Counted from the stretch's first letter, positions 13,990 to 27,530 are shown. The stretch is DNA of 64,000 nt from Octopus bimaculoides (GCF_001194135.2 NC_068989.1:95469254-95533253); one strand, 5' to 3'. Notes: generated by a model from the sequence alone, not told the origin. Translations and numbers: made by a program.

Positions 13990-15175
13990 AAATGGTGTTT
14001 TTTTTTACATGCCACCTGCACAGGAGCCAGTCCAGCGGCACTGGCAACGACCTAGCTCGAATGTTTTTTCACATGCCAGTTAGGCAACACTGGTAATGAT
14101 CACGCTCAAATGGTGCTATTTACGTGCCACCGGCACGGAAGCCAGACGGTTGCTCTGGCAATGATCATGCTTGGACGGTGCTGTTAGTGCTCCACTGGCA
14201 CAGGTGCCAGTCATCGAATTTGGTTCAATTAAGATTTCGATTTCACTTGCCCCAACAGGTCTTCGCAAGCAGAGTTTAGTGTCCAATGAAGGAAAGGTAC
14301 GTATAAGTGGGTTGGCTACACTTCTGGCAGAGGCCTTGGATTATGGTCTCACTTGGCTTGCTGAGTCTTCTCACACACAGCATATTTCCAAAGGTCTCTG
14401 TCACTAGTCATTGCCTTGGTGAGGCCTAATGTTTGAAGGTCGTGCTTCACCACCTCATCCCAGGCCTTCCTGGGTCTACCTCTTCCACAGGTTCCCTCAA
14501 CCACAGGGGTGTGACACTTTCTCACACAGTTATCCTCATCCAGTCGCACCACATGACCATACCAGCGCAATCGTCCTCTTGCACACCACAACTAATGCTT
14601 CTAATGTTCAGCTTTTCTCTCAAGGTACTTACACTCTGTCGGGTATGCACACTGACATTACACATCCATTCGAGCGTACTGGCTTCATTCCTTGCGAGCT
14701 TACACATGTCCTCAGCAGTCACGGCCCATGTTTCACTGCCATGTATCATGGCTGTTCATACACATGCGTCATACAGTCTACCTTTTACTCTGAGCGAAAG
14801 GTCCTTTGTCACCAGCAGAGGTCAGAGCTCTCTGAACTTTGCCCAGACTATTCTTATTCTAGTAGCTACACTTTCAGTGCACCCTCCCCTTCTACTGGCT
14901 TGGTCACCTAGGTAACTTCCAGTTTTTCTCCCTGGAATGTGGCAGAAGTTGTTCTCTGCACATTTTCAGTGTTTATTGCTCCTGAGCATCTGCCACATAC
15001 AAAATCTATCTTCCCAGTCAGCCTCCCTTTGATATTGCTGCACCTCTTATGTGTCCATAGCTTACACTGGGTACATCTTACAGAATTTCTACCTATGCCT
15101 TTTCTATAGATCGAGCAGGGTCATCTACCCGAAGGGGTTTGTGGTTTGTCTGCCTTCCTGCTTACAACACAAAAG
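13990..15175 (-). mobile_element. RTE-clade LINE fragment (C-terminal ORF plus repeat-rich 3' UTR)
   Basis: Frameshifted peptides ...HGSETWAVT..., RGRLRWYGHVVRLDEDNCVRKC..VEGTCGRGRPRKAWDEVVKHDL are typical of the RTE/BovB C-terminus. Confidence 0.9.
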
Positions 15176-15489
15176 CCAGACATGTTTTTGCAGAAGATTG
15201 AATGAATAGCAATGTTTGTGTGATGGTGATATTTATCAAAAAATACTGTGTGATATCATGACAAAGAAACCAAAACACACACACACACACTGGACTTTTT
15301 CCAGTTTCAATCTACCAATTCTACTCACAAGGCTTAGGTTGGTTCAGTGCTATAATAGAAAATACTGGTCAAAGGTGTTGCACAGAAAAACCAAACTCCA
15401 AATCACATTGGTTGAGAAAGATTGTTTCATTACATCAGCCTTTGCTCAAGTGTGTATGTGGTTGTGGGTGTGTGTGTGCGTGTGTGTGG

Positions 15490-15571
<82 letters not shown>

Positions 15572-16001
15572 AAAATTTTGTACATTTAAATAAGCTGGAA
15601 AAGCCGAATACCTTTTCTGAATATTGATAATTTTCTTGTTACAAGGTTAAGTAGGTCAGCTGACTATGTAGAGGTTTTTTGCACTAACATGTTTCACACT
15701 TAACTAAACTGTAGGAAGTACAGTCATGTGTTTAATAGTAGAACAAGTTTAAGCTCACTGGACTGAGGAAAATAGTACAAAGATAGTAAGTAGAATAATA
15801 TGGTGAGAACAGAATACACAATAGTTTTATATTTTTTAACCAGAACAAAGCAGGTGTTTTTTTTTTGTTTTTTGTTTTTATACATTCACAATGAATATTT
15901 CCAATATATTCATAATGTTAATTTTTAATGCTGTGCAGAAGTAGCCTTTAAAAACAAATACAAGTGTTATGATAAAATAGCATAGATTCGCATGTACTTA
16001 C

Positions 16002-16307
16002 GTTGCAACTCCTAAAGGCCACTGATAGAAATTTTGATCATCAATATCTGGACTGTCATAGACCAAGAAGACAAACTTAACAGGCCCACCACGGAGCTGC
16101 ATGTAAGATTTAATCCATTCATTATTACATTGTTCATTGCCCAATAAAATCACAGCCACATTTTTTAAATTTGTTAACGTTGGAAGGAAATCAAGCCATA
16201 ACTTGGCAAAATCTATTTTGGAGGGTTCACGTCCATTTAAGACAAGTATCACATTTTCAGTACTTTTTGGGACTTTACTTGGAATCACTCCTGGACCAGT
16301 TCGGAAT
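16002..16307 (-). CDS. RXYLT1: Internal coding exon of ribitol-5-phosphate beta-1,4-xylosyltransferase (RXYLT1/TMEM5 orthologue); other exons not found in window
   Basis: Translation FRTGPGVIPSKVPKSTENVILVLNGREPSKIDFAKLWLDF...VAVILLGNEQCNNEWIKSYMQLRGGPVKFVFLVYDSPDIDDQNFYQWPLGVA(T) matches, from memory, human TMEM5 motifs FITGPAVIP / NVVLILNGRE / AVVLLGNEHCDNEWI / [20 protein letters not shown]. Strong acceptor (ttttctttttgtttcttttgtag|A) and donor (AC|gtaagt); phase 2 at both ends; 306 nt with no stop. Confidence 0.93.
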
Positions 16308-16957
16308 CTACAAAAGAAACAAAAGAAAAAAAAAATTAACACCTTTTGATAGCATTTTATTGATGCATTCATAGATTACAGCATAGCATAAATCCACTGT
16401 CGTCAGGTGAAATTTTAAAAACATATAAACAGGAGAGCTAAAACCAAGAAATGAACCCATACAACAACTAACATGAAGAATAATCAAATTTATAGGAAAA
16501 ATTGGGAGAAGCAAAGGGAGATTCTAAGAGCAATGAGGTCAAAGCAATCCTACTGTTCAAGCTGTTATCTCAATTAGTTTATAGTCATGATACCTGCTGT
16601 GAAAGCTAACAGGGAACAAGCAGGCCAACTTGAAAAAATCTGCAAAGAACAATGAGATAAGACCTCAGACTTTTGGGGTAGAACGACATAAACTGTTGCC
16701 ATCATTTGACGCTTGAATACACATGCATGTATAGGCATATACACTCATTGACTCCTACAGATATTAACCTCCAGACTATGACAGATATTTATTTTGTGAC
16801 ACATGACTCCTGTATACATAACAATAATTCTTCACCTTTAGGAAGAGTTTCATGTCTACAAAAATGAGTTGCCTGGAGGACTGCCTGTTAGAAATATTCA
16901 ATTGATAACTTCCACAAAATTCAAAACAGCACAATAACATGTATGAATGCATAATTT

Positions 16958-16993
<36 letters not shown>

Positions 16994-17177
16994 GCTTCAT
17001 CTTCAATTACCAGTCTTGAAATTAGGAATCCTTATGATCCTTGATTTCCATTCAAACTTGGATTGGATGAGAGACTATTATGTGGTAGTGTTTGACCACC
17101 ACACACACTTCCTGATAGCAACACTTTTAGTTACTTTTTATGTTATGCAGAGATTTGGTACCACCACAATATATATA

Positions 17178-17221
<44 letters not shown>

Positions 17222-17253
17222 TTCATGGAGGAGTTTTGATAAGTTCAATTGCT

Positions 17254-17342
17254 NNNNNNNNNNNNNNNNNNNNNNNNNNNNNNNNNNNNNNNNNNNNNNN
17301 NNNNNNNNNNNNNNNNNNNNNNNNNNNNNNNNNNNNNNNNNN
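17254..17342. other. Assembly gap (89 N); other gaps at 18099-18226, 42878-42887 and 60509-60518
   Basis: N runs adjoining (AG)n, (AT)n, an RTE copy and the minisatellite. Confidence 1.
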
Positions 17343-17389
<47 letters not shown>

Positions 17390-18052
17390 TGTGTGTGTGT
17401 GCTTACATTTTAAAAGTTAAGTCGTGACCTTTTGCAAATTGTTTGTTGTCAATAGTTGCAAAAGTGATCTATTTTTTTCTTTTTTTTTATAACAATAAAT
17501 ATAATAATACAAGTTAGTTTCTATGACAATTTTACAGTGAGGCAGTCATTATCTGACGCAGTGCATAATGTGTTGCAATGTATTTTATGTTTTCAAAACC
17601 AAAATAATAAGCCAGTCTATTTTAGACGTAATTACCAAAAGAACTGAAGAAACTAAATCTCCCCACAAGACAAATTCTTCCAGCAACAAATAGTGAAACG
17701 TTATGATTGAAATAAAGGAAAACGAACATTTTCTCCAGTCAAGCAAGTATTTAATCATAACTGTTTTTAAAGGAACCCTAATTGGTTAATTACTTTTGTG
17801 AATTGCAAATCTAATGAGAAATGCTTCTGAGTCATCTTTCCACGGGGAAAATATATTCTTGCAAAGCAGAAGTCAAATACTGAGATCTGGTTAAGAATTA
17901 TACATGACATATCATTATAGCCATGCATGGATGGATGTGTGTGTGTGTGCATGCACACATACACGTGTGTATATATATGTATATGTATGTATGTATATGT
18001 ATATATATCATCATCTTTTAATGTCTGCCTTCCATGCTAGCATGGGTGTGTG

Positions 18053-18098
<46 letters not shown>

Positions 18099-18245
18099 NN
18101 NNNNNNNNNNNNNNNNNNNNNNNNNNNNNNNNNNNNNNNNNNNNNNNNNNNNNNNNNNNNNNNNNNNNNNNNNNNNNNNNNNNNNNNNNNNNNNNNNNNN
18201 NNNNNNNNNNNNNNNNNNNNNNNNNNTATTGGACGCTCAGGACAT

Positions 18246-18292
<47 letters not shown>

Positions 18293-18667
18293 GCCCTTAC
18301 TTCTTTTTTATTTTGTAAAGACAGTTCCAAGAAAAATAACAGTTTTCATATGAAAAGAAAAGTGTGGAGTATCACTGAATATTGAGAATATTGATCGGAG
18401 TTTTAAAACTTTATTTTATTATATTTCAGATAACTGGTATAAGCATCTTTAAAATTCTTACTCTGAGAACATATGCAAATGTAAATAAACTAGTCTATCA
18501 ATAATAACAACAACAACAACAACAATAATAATAATCAGTGTACAAGAAATATAGTCATAAATACCCATATGCATTCACATTAGACAGAATAAACTGCTGG
18601 ATTTCTTTTTCCTTTGTTCTGGAGTTGAATTTTAATCAGAATATATGCATAATCATTTATACTATTT

Positions 18668-18712
<45 letters not shown>

Positions 18713-20028
18713 CATTATACTTATAACGTATCATTACTTTATATTTTTAACAGATACACATACACACATACACGCACATAATATTGTCTCGTTAAAAAAT
18801 AGTAGACAAAACAGAAAATATTCCAAAGAAACCAGACGTTATTTTCTTTACTTTACAATCTAATTTCCTCTTATCAGTTTTCCATTAACTTCTATAATTC
18901 ATTCCCCCTCTCATACATATACTCATATATATATATGTATATACCTATGATATATGTATATATATATATATATATATATGAGGGTATATGTATATATAAA
19001 TGAGAATAAGATATGTATTTTCTATATGCTACCATGATTCCTCATTTTTAGTGATGTCTACACAAATTTTTTGTACCCCCACTGCACACCCCCTTCTCAC
19101 TCACACTGTTCTGATAATTTATTTATTTATCTAATTATTATTATTATTAAGTGAGAGAGCAGTGCATGCCATCAAAGTGACACTGGGGTAAAATATGCGA
19201 AGCCATATATAAAGGGTGAACTGCATCAATTTGTTCATATGTTGATATGTCTTAACTGAAAAAGATATTGTGTACGAGACAAAATTCCCTTTTCATCTAT
19301 TACACAATGATCTGAAACATGTGTATTAAAAGCAACAGACCATGCTGAAGCCATTGAAAATACACGTTGAACTATGATGAAGATAAATGCTTTCTTCAAC
19401 AAGTTTAACAAAAAAACAAAAAAGTTCCTAACTCTTTATGATCTGGTATAATTACAAAGAATAAAGAGCACTTTTTTATCAAGTAACTTCCTAATTTAAT
19501 TAATCAAAAAAAAAAAAAACGCTATATATACATCACTGATGATGGCATTATTTACAAGAGAAGTAAATGATTTAACGAACTGACGAGTTTCTGCAGAGGG
19601 AATCAATCAAGACAAAGAAAAGTAGTTAAGATACAAAAAGCAAAACCAACAAACTTTGTTGTAAGTGTTAAGCTCTTATTTATGCATGGCTTCTTGGATA
19701 GTGTGCAGTCATTATTGAAGCTAATGAGCTCTGGCATATCTACCATGGAAAAATATTCAGAATCAATGACTGGAAAGTTGCCACAGTAAAAATCCCAAGC
19801 ATCTTATTAGGGAAATTAGAAGAGAGTGTTCTTTAAATTTAATTACATCAATTAAAAATTTAGTAGGGAAAAAGAATACAAAACAAATAGCAGAAGAAAT
19901 TTCCTAAAATATTTTATAAAATAGTATAAGAATGTAATATATATATATAATCATCTAAGACCCCAATTTCATTGTCATACTAAAATTTAGCTAGTAATCA
20001 CTAGTGATGTGTTGGAGAAACAACATCA

Positions 20029-20253
20029 TTAACCCTTTCGTTACCTACCCGGCTGAAACTGGCTCTGGCTCTGAGTACAAATGTCTTGTTTTCATAAGTT
20101 TTGAATTAAAATCTTCCACCAAACCTTAGTCCCAATTTATGTTCCTAAAACTAGCTGAATGATAACTAAGTTATTTTACTAAATTCTTTGTTATATTTAA
20201 AGTCATTGAAAGGAACCTGACAGAGCATCTCAAAATAAATACAGCAACGAAAG
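20029..20253. mobile_element. Second copy of the TTAA/CCCTTT MITE family, right end damaged
   Basis: TTAA|CCCTTTCGTTAC left end; GCAACGAAAG right-end remnant followed by an RTE tail fragment; shares aaaatct..aatttatgttcc..aagttattt core with 2881-3094. Confidence 0.7.
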
Positions 20254-20607
20254 TAAGCAGCCAACCCATGCTAGCAATGGAAAGTGGACGTTAATGTTGG
20301 CTAAAATGACTTGTTTGGGCCTTTTACAATTTCAGTTTCAATCCTGTTAAGGTCAACTTTGTCTTTCATAGATCCAGGTTCAATAAAATTAAATACTAAT
20401 CGAGTACAAAGATTGATTTAATATTACTGTAATGGCGCCTGGGTGTGAAGAGAATTATGAAAGATGGTTAAGACTAGTCTTAGTCTGCTATTACAAGACA
20501 ACTTAGATGAGAATGTAATTATAACAGAAGATTAAGACCAGTCTTATGGCTAACAATTAAAACAAGAAGAAAATGAATCTTTGAAAAGGGGATAGACTAA
20601 ATAAGAA

Positions 20608-21076
20608 ATCATCATCGTTTAACATCCACTTTCCATGCTAGCATGGGTTGGACGGTTTGACTGAGGGCTACTGAGCCAGAAGGCTGCACCAGTCTCCAAT
20701 CTGATCTGGCAGAGTTTCTACAGCTGGATGCCCTTCCTAACGCCAACCGGTCCGAGAGAATAGTGGGTGCTTTTACAAGGGCCAGTCAGGTGGTACTGGC
20801 ATTGGCTACACTCAAATGGTGCTTTTTATGTGCCACTGGCACGGGAACCCATCAGTGGCCCTGGCAATGATCATGCTTGAATGGTGCTTTTAACGTTCCA
20901 CTGGCACAGGTGCCAATCATGCAGTACTTTCATCAGCCATGACAGTGATTTCACTTGCCTCCACAGGTCTTTGCAAGCATAGTCTATTGTCCAATGCTGG
21001 AAGGGTACTCTTAAATGGGCTTGTTATACAGCACTGGCATAGGCCACGGGTTATGGTTTCACTTGGCTTGCCGGGT
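20608..21076 (-). mobile_element. RTE LINE 3' UTR and tail (antisense)
   Basis: catcatcgtttaacatccactttccatgctagcatgggttggacgg... through ...cacttggcttgccggg; collinear with the 3' UTRs at 14000-14350 and 23380-23858. Confidence 0.85.
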
Positions 21077-23214
21077 TAGACTAAATCAGAATAAATTGCA
21101 GCTGATGATTACAGCATTTGATTATATTAAACAATATAGTATGTAAATGGAGTTGTTGTGCACAATTACAATTTAAATGAAAACATTGTGATGATTGTTT
21201 GATATTGTTTGGTATCTAAAAGAAAATCCAAAATAACTTCAGGAAATTAATGAAAGAACAGGGGGTAAATAGATAAAATGATGAAATTATTAACTATTAA
21301 ATCAGTGACTTTGAATACTGCTGTCTGATATTTTGTATTTAATTTCATTTGTTTCCTTCTAAAATACAATTTCATGTATGGAAGATAGGTGTTAGTTTGT
21401 CATATTTAAAATAGCAAATACAATTAAGCTCTGTCTGGTTTTTTACCAAGTTGATCACAAACTGACACGTGGAAATAGCCAAAAAAAAAAAAAAAAAAAA
21501 AACATTTCTTCTCTAGAGATGGAATTTAACAAAGAAAAGAAAAAGAGATTGAACAGTTATCCATCTCAATCAAAAAACTACTTCAGTTCAGGGATGCCAG
21601 ATGGGGTTAGAGGAAATAGATTGTGCTACTTGTCGAGACTGCATTCTTCTATCTTTTTAATTTCAGCTACATATTAGTTTAAAGTTTTAATTAACAGATT
21701 CCAAGAATTATCATCCACAAACTTTAGTTGAAACCTACTTAGCAGAATCAGCAAGATTAGGATCTACGTGTTGAAAGGTCAACAGTAAATATTACTCTGT
21801 CCTAAACTTAGCCAAACTTTTCTCTTACTCATTAGAGTCACTGAATAGAGACCAAGACAACTGCTTAACTAATGAGTAGTTTGGCAATCTACAGTAGTAA
21901 ACTTCAGTCATTCTGTTGGCTTGAAAAAGATCAGTAATCAATTCCTATGCTCACAATCAGATGACTGTTCCATGGTGGATATAGCAGCTAGTATGCAACA
22001 ATCCATGTTAAAATGCCTTAAACTTATAGAACAGCTCTAACACCAGTTTAGTGTCAAACTTGCTCATAAGGAATTCTACAAAATGATGCACAACATAAAC
22101 TAATTCCGATGTGTTACATGTCTATGCATTTAACATCTTTACACAAACAGATGTAAAGATGTAAAACATCTTTAAACAAAAACAAAATGTAAAAAAAGTC
22201 TTCCATGAGAATAATATTTTCTTTCGTCCTTTAAAGACTTTGATATAAGAGAATACTTGCTCAAATAAGACAGACATGATGCTTGCAGAAAATTAACCCA
22301 GAATGGCAAATTAACAATGAGTGTAAAAGTTTCAAAAAGTTTCTCTATTTGTTCCATTGAACAACAACTACACAAAGATAGTAATTAACAAAATGTTCAG
22401 ATAGCATCACAATTTCTCAACCATACAATAAAGAAACATTAACATTTGCTTCTGAAACAATAAAATGATCACAAAAAGGAAGATTGCCAATGACAAACAA
22501 CAAATTGACTTTTTCTTTTTTAAGTATTGATAAAAATTAATCTAACTGAAAAATAGTAATTATTTAATACAGAGAGTAATTTTTTCACATTTTGAATAAA
22601 TTATACATAAAAGAAATTTGCAGTTTTAGAGATTTGTTGATAAGTGACAATTACTATGTTCTAGCAAGTGTTGTTATCTATAAGATATAAATTCATCCCA
22701 ACTATACTAAAAAGAAATTAAACTCACACAAGCACAATACACACACACGCACAGTATGAAATTATAAAGTTATAGTAAAAATAATTGAAAAAAAATTAAA
22801 TATCATCATAGAATTTATCAATGTTGATACTTGATAAAAATATTTATATTTAATCATTTTTTTTCTCATGTTAGCATGGCTGACAGGGTTTGCGAAATTT
22901 GAACATTTCAATAAATGAGTAATTTGTGGCTGGAGGCATTTTCTGTTGCTAACCTCTCAACCACCAAAACAGGAATGGTAACTTAATGAGAAAGTAGCAA
23001 AAATGTTTAACTGACTCCTCATAACACTTAACGGATGGCACCAAATTATCGTCCAGTCCTTATTTCCCTACAGTCATAAATATCATACTACATACATTCT
23101 TGCTATAACTGGAAAGGATACAAGACTAAATATGTCTCCAGAGTTTTCCCCCAGTACTTGCTGGAAAAATGAAAAATATTGTCCAGTGACTAATATCATA
23201 CCCCTATATATATA

Positions 23215-23858
23215 TAAATGCCACTCCCAAACAGTGGAAGGAATATGGGGTAGAGGGAGACCCAGGAATACATGGGATGAGGTGGTGAAGCATGACCTTC
23301 GAACGTTGGGCCTCACAGAGGCAATGACAAAAGACCGAGACCTTTGGAGGTATGCTGTGACTGAGAAGACCTGGCAAATAAAGTGAGTTCACAGCTATAA
23401 CCTACACCAGTGTCGCATAACCAGCCCACTCAAAAGTACCATGGATTGTAGGGTGACATGCCATGCCTGAGGAGACCTATTGAGTCAAGTACATCAACAT
23501 CAGCAATATCAAAATCAAATCAAATGGAAATTGTAGTTGTGAGCCCCGTGCCAGTAGCACATAAAAAGCACCATCCGAACGTGGCCAATGCCAGTGCCAC
23601 CTTGACTGGCTTCCGTGCCGGTAGCACGTAAAAAGCACCATTTGATTGTGGTCGATGCTAGCTCCTCTGGTCCCTTGTGCCGGTGGCACATAAAAAGCAC
23701 CCACTACACTCTCGGAGTGGTTGGCATTAGGAAGGGCATCCAGCTGTAGAAACTCTGCCAGATCAGATTGGAGCCTGTTGCAGCCTCCTGGCTTCCCAGA
23801 CCCCAATCAAATGGTCCAACCCATCCATGTCAGCATGGAAAACGGACATTAAATGATG
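23215..23858 (+). mobile_element. RTE LINE 3' end (sense)
   Basis: TVEGIWGRGRPRNTWDEVVKHDLRTLGLTEAMTKDRDLWRYAVTEKTWQIK* followed by 3' UTR and tail ggacattaaatgatg. Confidence 0.88.
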
Positions 23859-23999
23859 TCACACCAATAACCTCTGTGTTATAGCACTTAGTCATTGGTT
23901 TATCACTGCTTCTGCAAACTGATGAAGGCCATGCCTCATAAACGAAGTTAGAATAAGTATGAACCGTGTTTGCAGTTATTTCCCAACACTTGCCTGAAA

Positions 24000-24315
24000 G
24001 GCAGACATGGCCATGTGGAAGAGGTTCAAGCAGTTTCAGGTTCAGTCCTACTGCACAGCACATTGGGCATGTGTCATCCCCAACGGCCTTGAGCTGACCT
24101 ATCCATTCTGAGTGAATCTGGTGGATGGAAATTGTGCTGAAGCTCATTGCGTATATGTGTACATCTTTGTGTTTGCCCTTCCAGTTTGACAAAAGAGATC
24201 CACAAAATAAGTTCTAAGCGTTAAGAAAAGTACAGAGGGCAATTTATTTGACTAAACTCTTCAAGGTTGTGCCCCAGCATGACCCCAGTTCAATGAGTGA
24301 AACAATGAAAGAATA
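24000..24315 (+). mobile_element. tRNA-derived SINE, degenerate full length
   Basis: B-box-like ggttcagtcc, core gggcatgtgtc...gtgaatctggtggatggaaa, tail gtgccccagcatgacc...gagtgaaacaatgaaagaata; similar to 35153-35570. Confidence 0.6.
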
Positions 24316-26603
24316 TTGTCCCCACCCCACACCATCACTGCACATTTATTTCTAGTAAGTTTTTTAATGCCGCATGCATTAAATATGTTAACACAAACTT
24401 ATTTATAAAAAATTAGTTGATGGTATTCACCCACAGGAAATTACTTACAAGAGAAATAATGTTGAAGTTGGTAAGAAACCTGTTGTGAAAGTATTGTTGA
24501 TTACAGATTCTATAGAAGAGGAAGGTGGGGGATGTAAAAGATAAAGCTTATAATGTAGAGAGAGAGAGAGAAGGAGAGAGAGAGTTCAGGGAAATATCAA
24601 TAATAAAACTATAAAATAGATATTTGTTAAGGAAGTGAAACCAAGATTATGAAACTTTGAATTATCTGAAGCAGGAAGATATTGATATTATTGTGTGTGA
24701 GTGTGTTGCTGTTTATAATACTACTGTATTGTACTGTATTATATCGTCTCCAACTACATAAATAAGTGTGTTAGTGTTTGTCAAGAAACATGTTTTTTTT
24801 TTTCCTTCTTCTTTTGAATCTTCCTAACCAGTTTGACTGGTGGCAACAAGTCAGAATAAAGTCAGAAAAAAGCAAATGAATGCATCAGTTGTTCTGTATC
24901 CTGAACTGGCAGACCTTAAAGGCCATTATTTCTGATATAAAGAGACAAAAAATATCATTCCCACTTCACTACAAGTAGCAATCGAATTACCAACATTGAA
25001 CTCTAAGGACAGATAATGAATGAACAGAAGCAAAGTGGCGGCAGGAAAAGAAATAAAAGATATATGTAAATTTAAAGCAGAGCATAGAGAAAGTGTTTAT
25101 TTATTGATACTATATTTCTACTCTTCCTCCAAAAGAGCAGTTTGAAAGAGAAAGTGTACAATGCTTCTTAGTATATTCATTTATTGACTTGGCCTCTGGG
25201 TTTGCTAATACAAATATCAAATAGGTTTTCTGATGGGTAATGACACTTTAAGGAGGGGTAGAGGATATAGCCAATAAATGAGTGCAATAAAATAGATTGA
25301 TAGAACTAATAATAAACTAAATGAAGCAGGGATGATGAAATAGTAAAAAAAAAAAAGTTTTAAAGACTTGCTAGAGGAGACAGAAGCCGTTTATTTTGGA
25401 GCCACTTGTCTGGAATGAAGCTCATTTAATATAAGAAATCTTTAAAATATTTTATATGATTCTTTTCAAAGATAAAAAAAAATACATATATATATAAAAA
25501 AGACAAAAGGAATTATTTTCTAAAAATGAATGCATATTCAGAAATAAAATTGATTGTTTGAAAATATTATTATCGACTGTAAAACTAGAATAAATAATAC
25601 CTATTCATGAGTCATGCTACTAAATTGGACAATTGTCTATAATCATTTTCCTTTCTTTCTTTTTTATTTATAGGATTACATTAATCTTAATATATGAAAA
25701 TATATTTATTTTATAGAGTCTCTGTCATGTGAAACCAAGTAGGAGGTAAGGCTTCCAGTGTTGTGAGCAATGGGACTACATTTCAATTCCCAGTTCTGTA
25801 ACTTACACTGCTTTATAACCTGTTGGGAAAAACCATCACAAGCACAATATACCAATTCCAGTTATTTTTCTTCCTCCTCGAAATATCACAAACTGTTACT
25901 CCCTTAAAATACCCCAGTTAGAAAATATGAAGCAGCTAACTATTCATTGCAGTAGTGTTTGTTTGCTTAACATAAATAAGTTTTTATTGTTTGGAGTTTA
26001 AAGTCTTCAAGAGAAGAAAATGCAATGATTCAAGTTGTTGATCCTATCAAAGTTTGAATAAATGATTTAATTTTTTTTTTTAAATAAAATTCAGGAAGTC
26101 TTTGAACTGTTAAAATAGTTTCATTATTTAACTGAAATGTGTGTGCACATGTGCACCCACATTAATATTTGAAAATTTAAACTTAATCGCTTACAATTTT
26201 TTCTAGACAGCTTCATATATGCTTAAATGTTCAGATAACACAAGTGTATTTTGATTGATAGCTTCACATGAAATTTCAGCATTAAATAGTCATTGATAAA
26301 ATATGAGATTAGTGAGAAAGCAAAAATACCTTTTCACTTCTGAAGCTTGTACAATACAGCTAAGTTATTTGACAAAAATTATTACATCAGCAGCAGCAAC
26401 ACAAGTTTTCAATGATACAACATTAAACTAAAATAAAGAGCTTTTTTCAAAGAATGCACCTATAATCCACAAACACGAGCTTTTGTGACACATAATGGAT
26501 GGTTTGAACAATAAAAAAAATTCTTTATAATTTCTACAATGTAAATGTAAATGGAAAAGCAGCAATTATTGAGGAAGATTTTGATGTGAATATAGATAAA
26601 CAT

Positions 26604-27530
26604 ACATCATCATCATCATCATCATCATTTAATGTCCGTTGTCCCTGCTGGCATGGGTTGGACGGTTTGACCAGGCTGGCACACTGAAAGGTTTCACCAG
26701 ACTCCAGTCTGATTTGGCATAGTTTTCTACACCTGGATGCTCTTCCTAACACCAAGCACTTTGAGAGTGTAATGGGTGCTTTTACATGCCACTGGCACAG
26801 GTGTCAATTTGCGTGACACTGGTATCTGCCACGACAGTGATTTTGCTCAGTTTGATGAGTCTTCTCAAGCATGATGTAATGCTGAAAGTCTTGGTCATTG
26901 CCTCTCGAAAGGAACTCAGCCACTTTGCCTCCGTGAGGCCCAATGCTTAAAAGGAACTCGGCCATTTTGTCTCCGTGAGGCACTTCTTTACACAGCTGTC
27001 CTTGTCCATATGCACTATATGACCATACTAGCACAGTGTTTCCCTTGCGCACCATATTTGAAGTCTCTTATGCCTAACTTTTCTCTCAAGATGCTTACAC
27101 ACTGTTGAACATGTACACTGACATTGCCCATCCAGTGAAGCATACTGGATTCTTTTCTTTTAAACCTATGCATGTCCTCAGCCGTCAAAACCCATGTTTC
27201 ACTGCCATGCAGCATAGCTGTTTGCACACAGGCATCAAACAATCTGCCTTTCACTCTGACAGAGAGGCCCTTTGTTGCCAGCAGGGGTAGGAGCTCACTG
27301 AACTTTGCCCAGCCTAATCTTATTCTCACAGCTATGCTCTCAGAGCATCCACCTTGGTCACCTAGGTAACAGAAGCTATCTACTACCTCCACCTTGCACC
27401 CCTGGCAGTTGATGGAGGCTATTTTCTGCACATTTCCAGCATTTATTGTACCTGTGCATCTTCCACATACAAGAGCTGGTTTACCTGTTAACCTTCCTGT
27501 GATATTGCTACACTTTTTGTGTGTCCAAAG
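26604..27530 (-). mobile_element. RTE LINE fragment with internal deletions
   Basis: ORF 27015-27668 contains CKLWTHKKCSNITGRL...VDSFCYLGD..GGCSES..RIRLGWAKFSELLPLL..KGRLFDACVQTAMLHGSETW; (CAT)n tail at 26604. Confidence 0.88.

Noticed and set aside
24390-24545. Plus-strand protein-like stretch KLVDGIHPQEITYKRNNVEVGKKPVVKVLLITDS
   Set aside because: About 50 codons bounded by stops; no family recognised; splice sites ambiguous.
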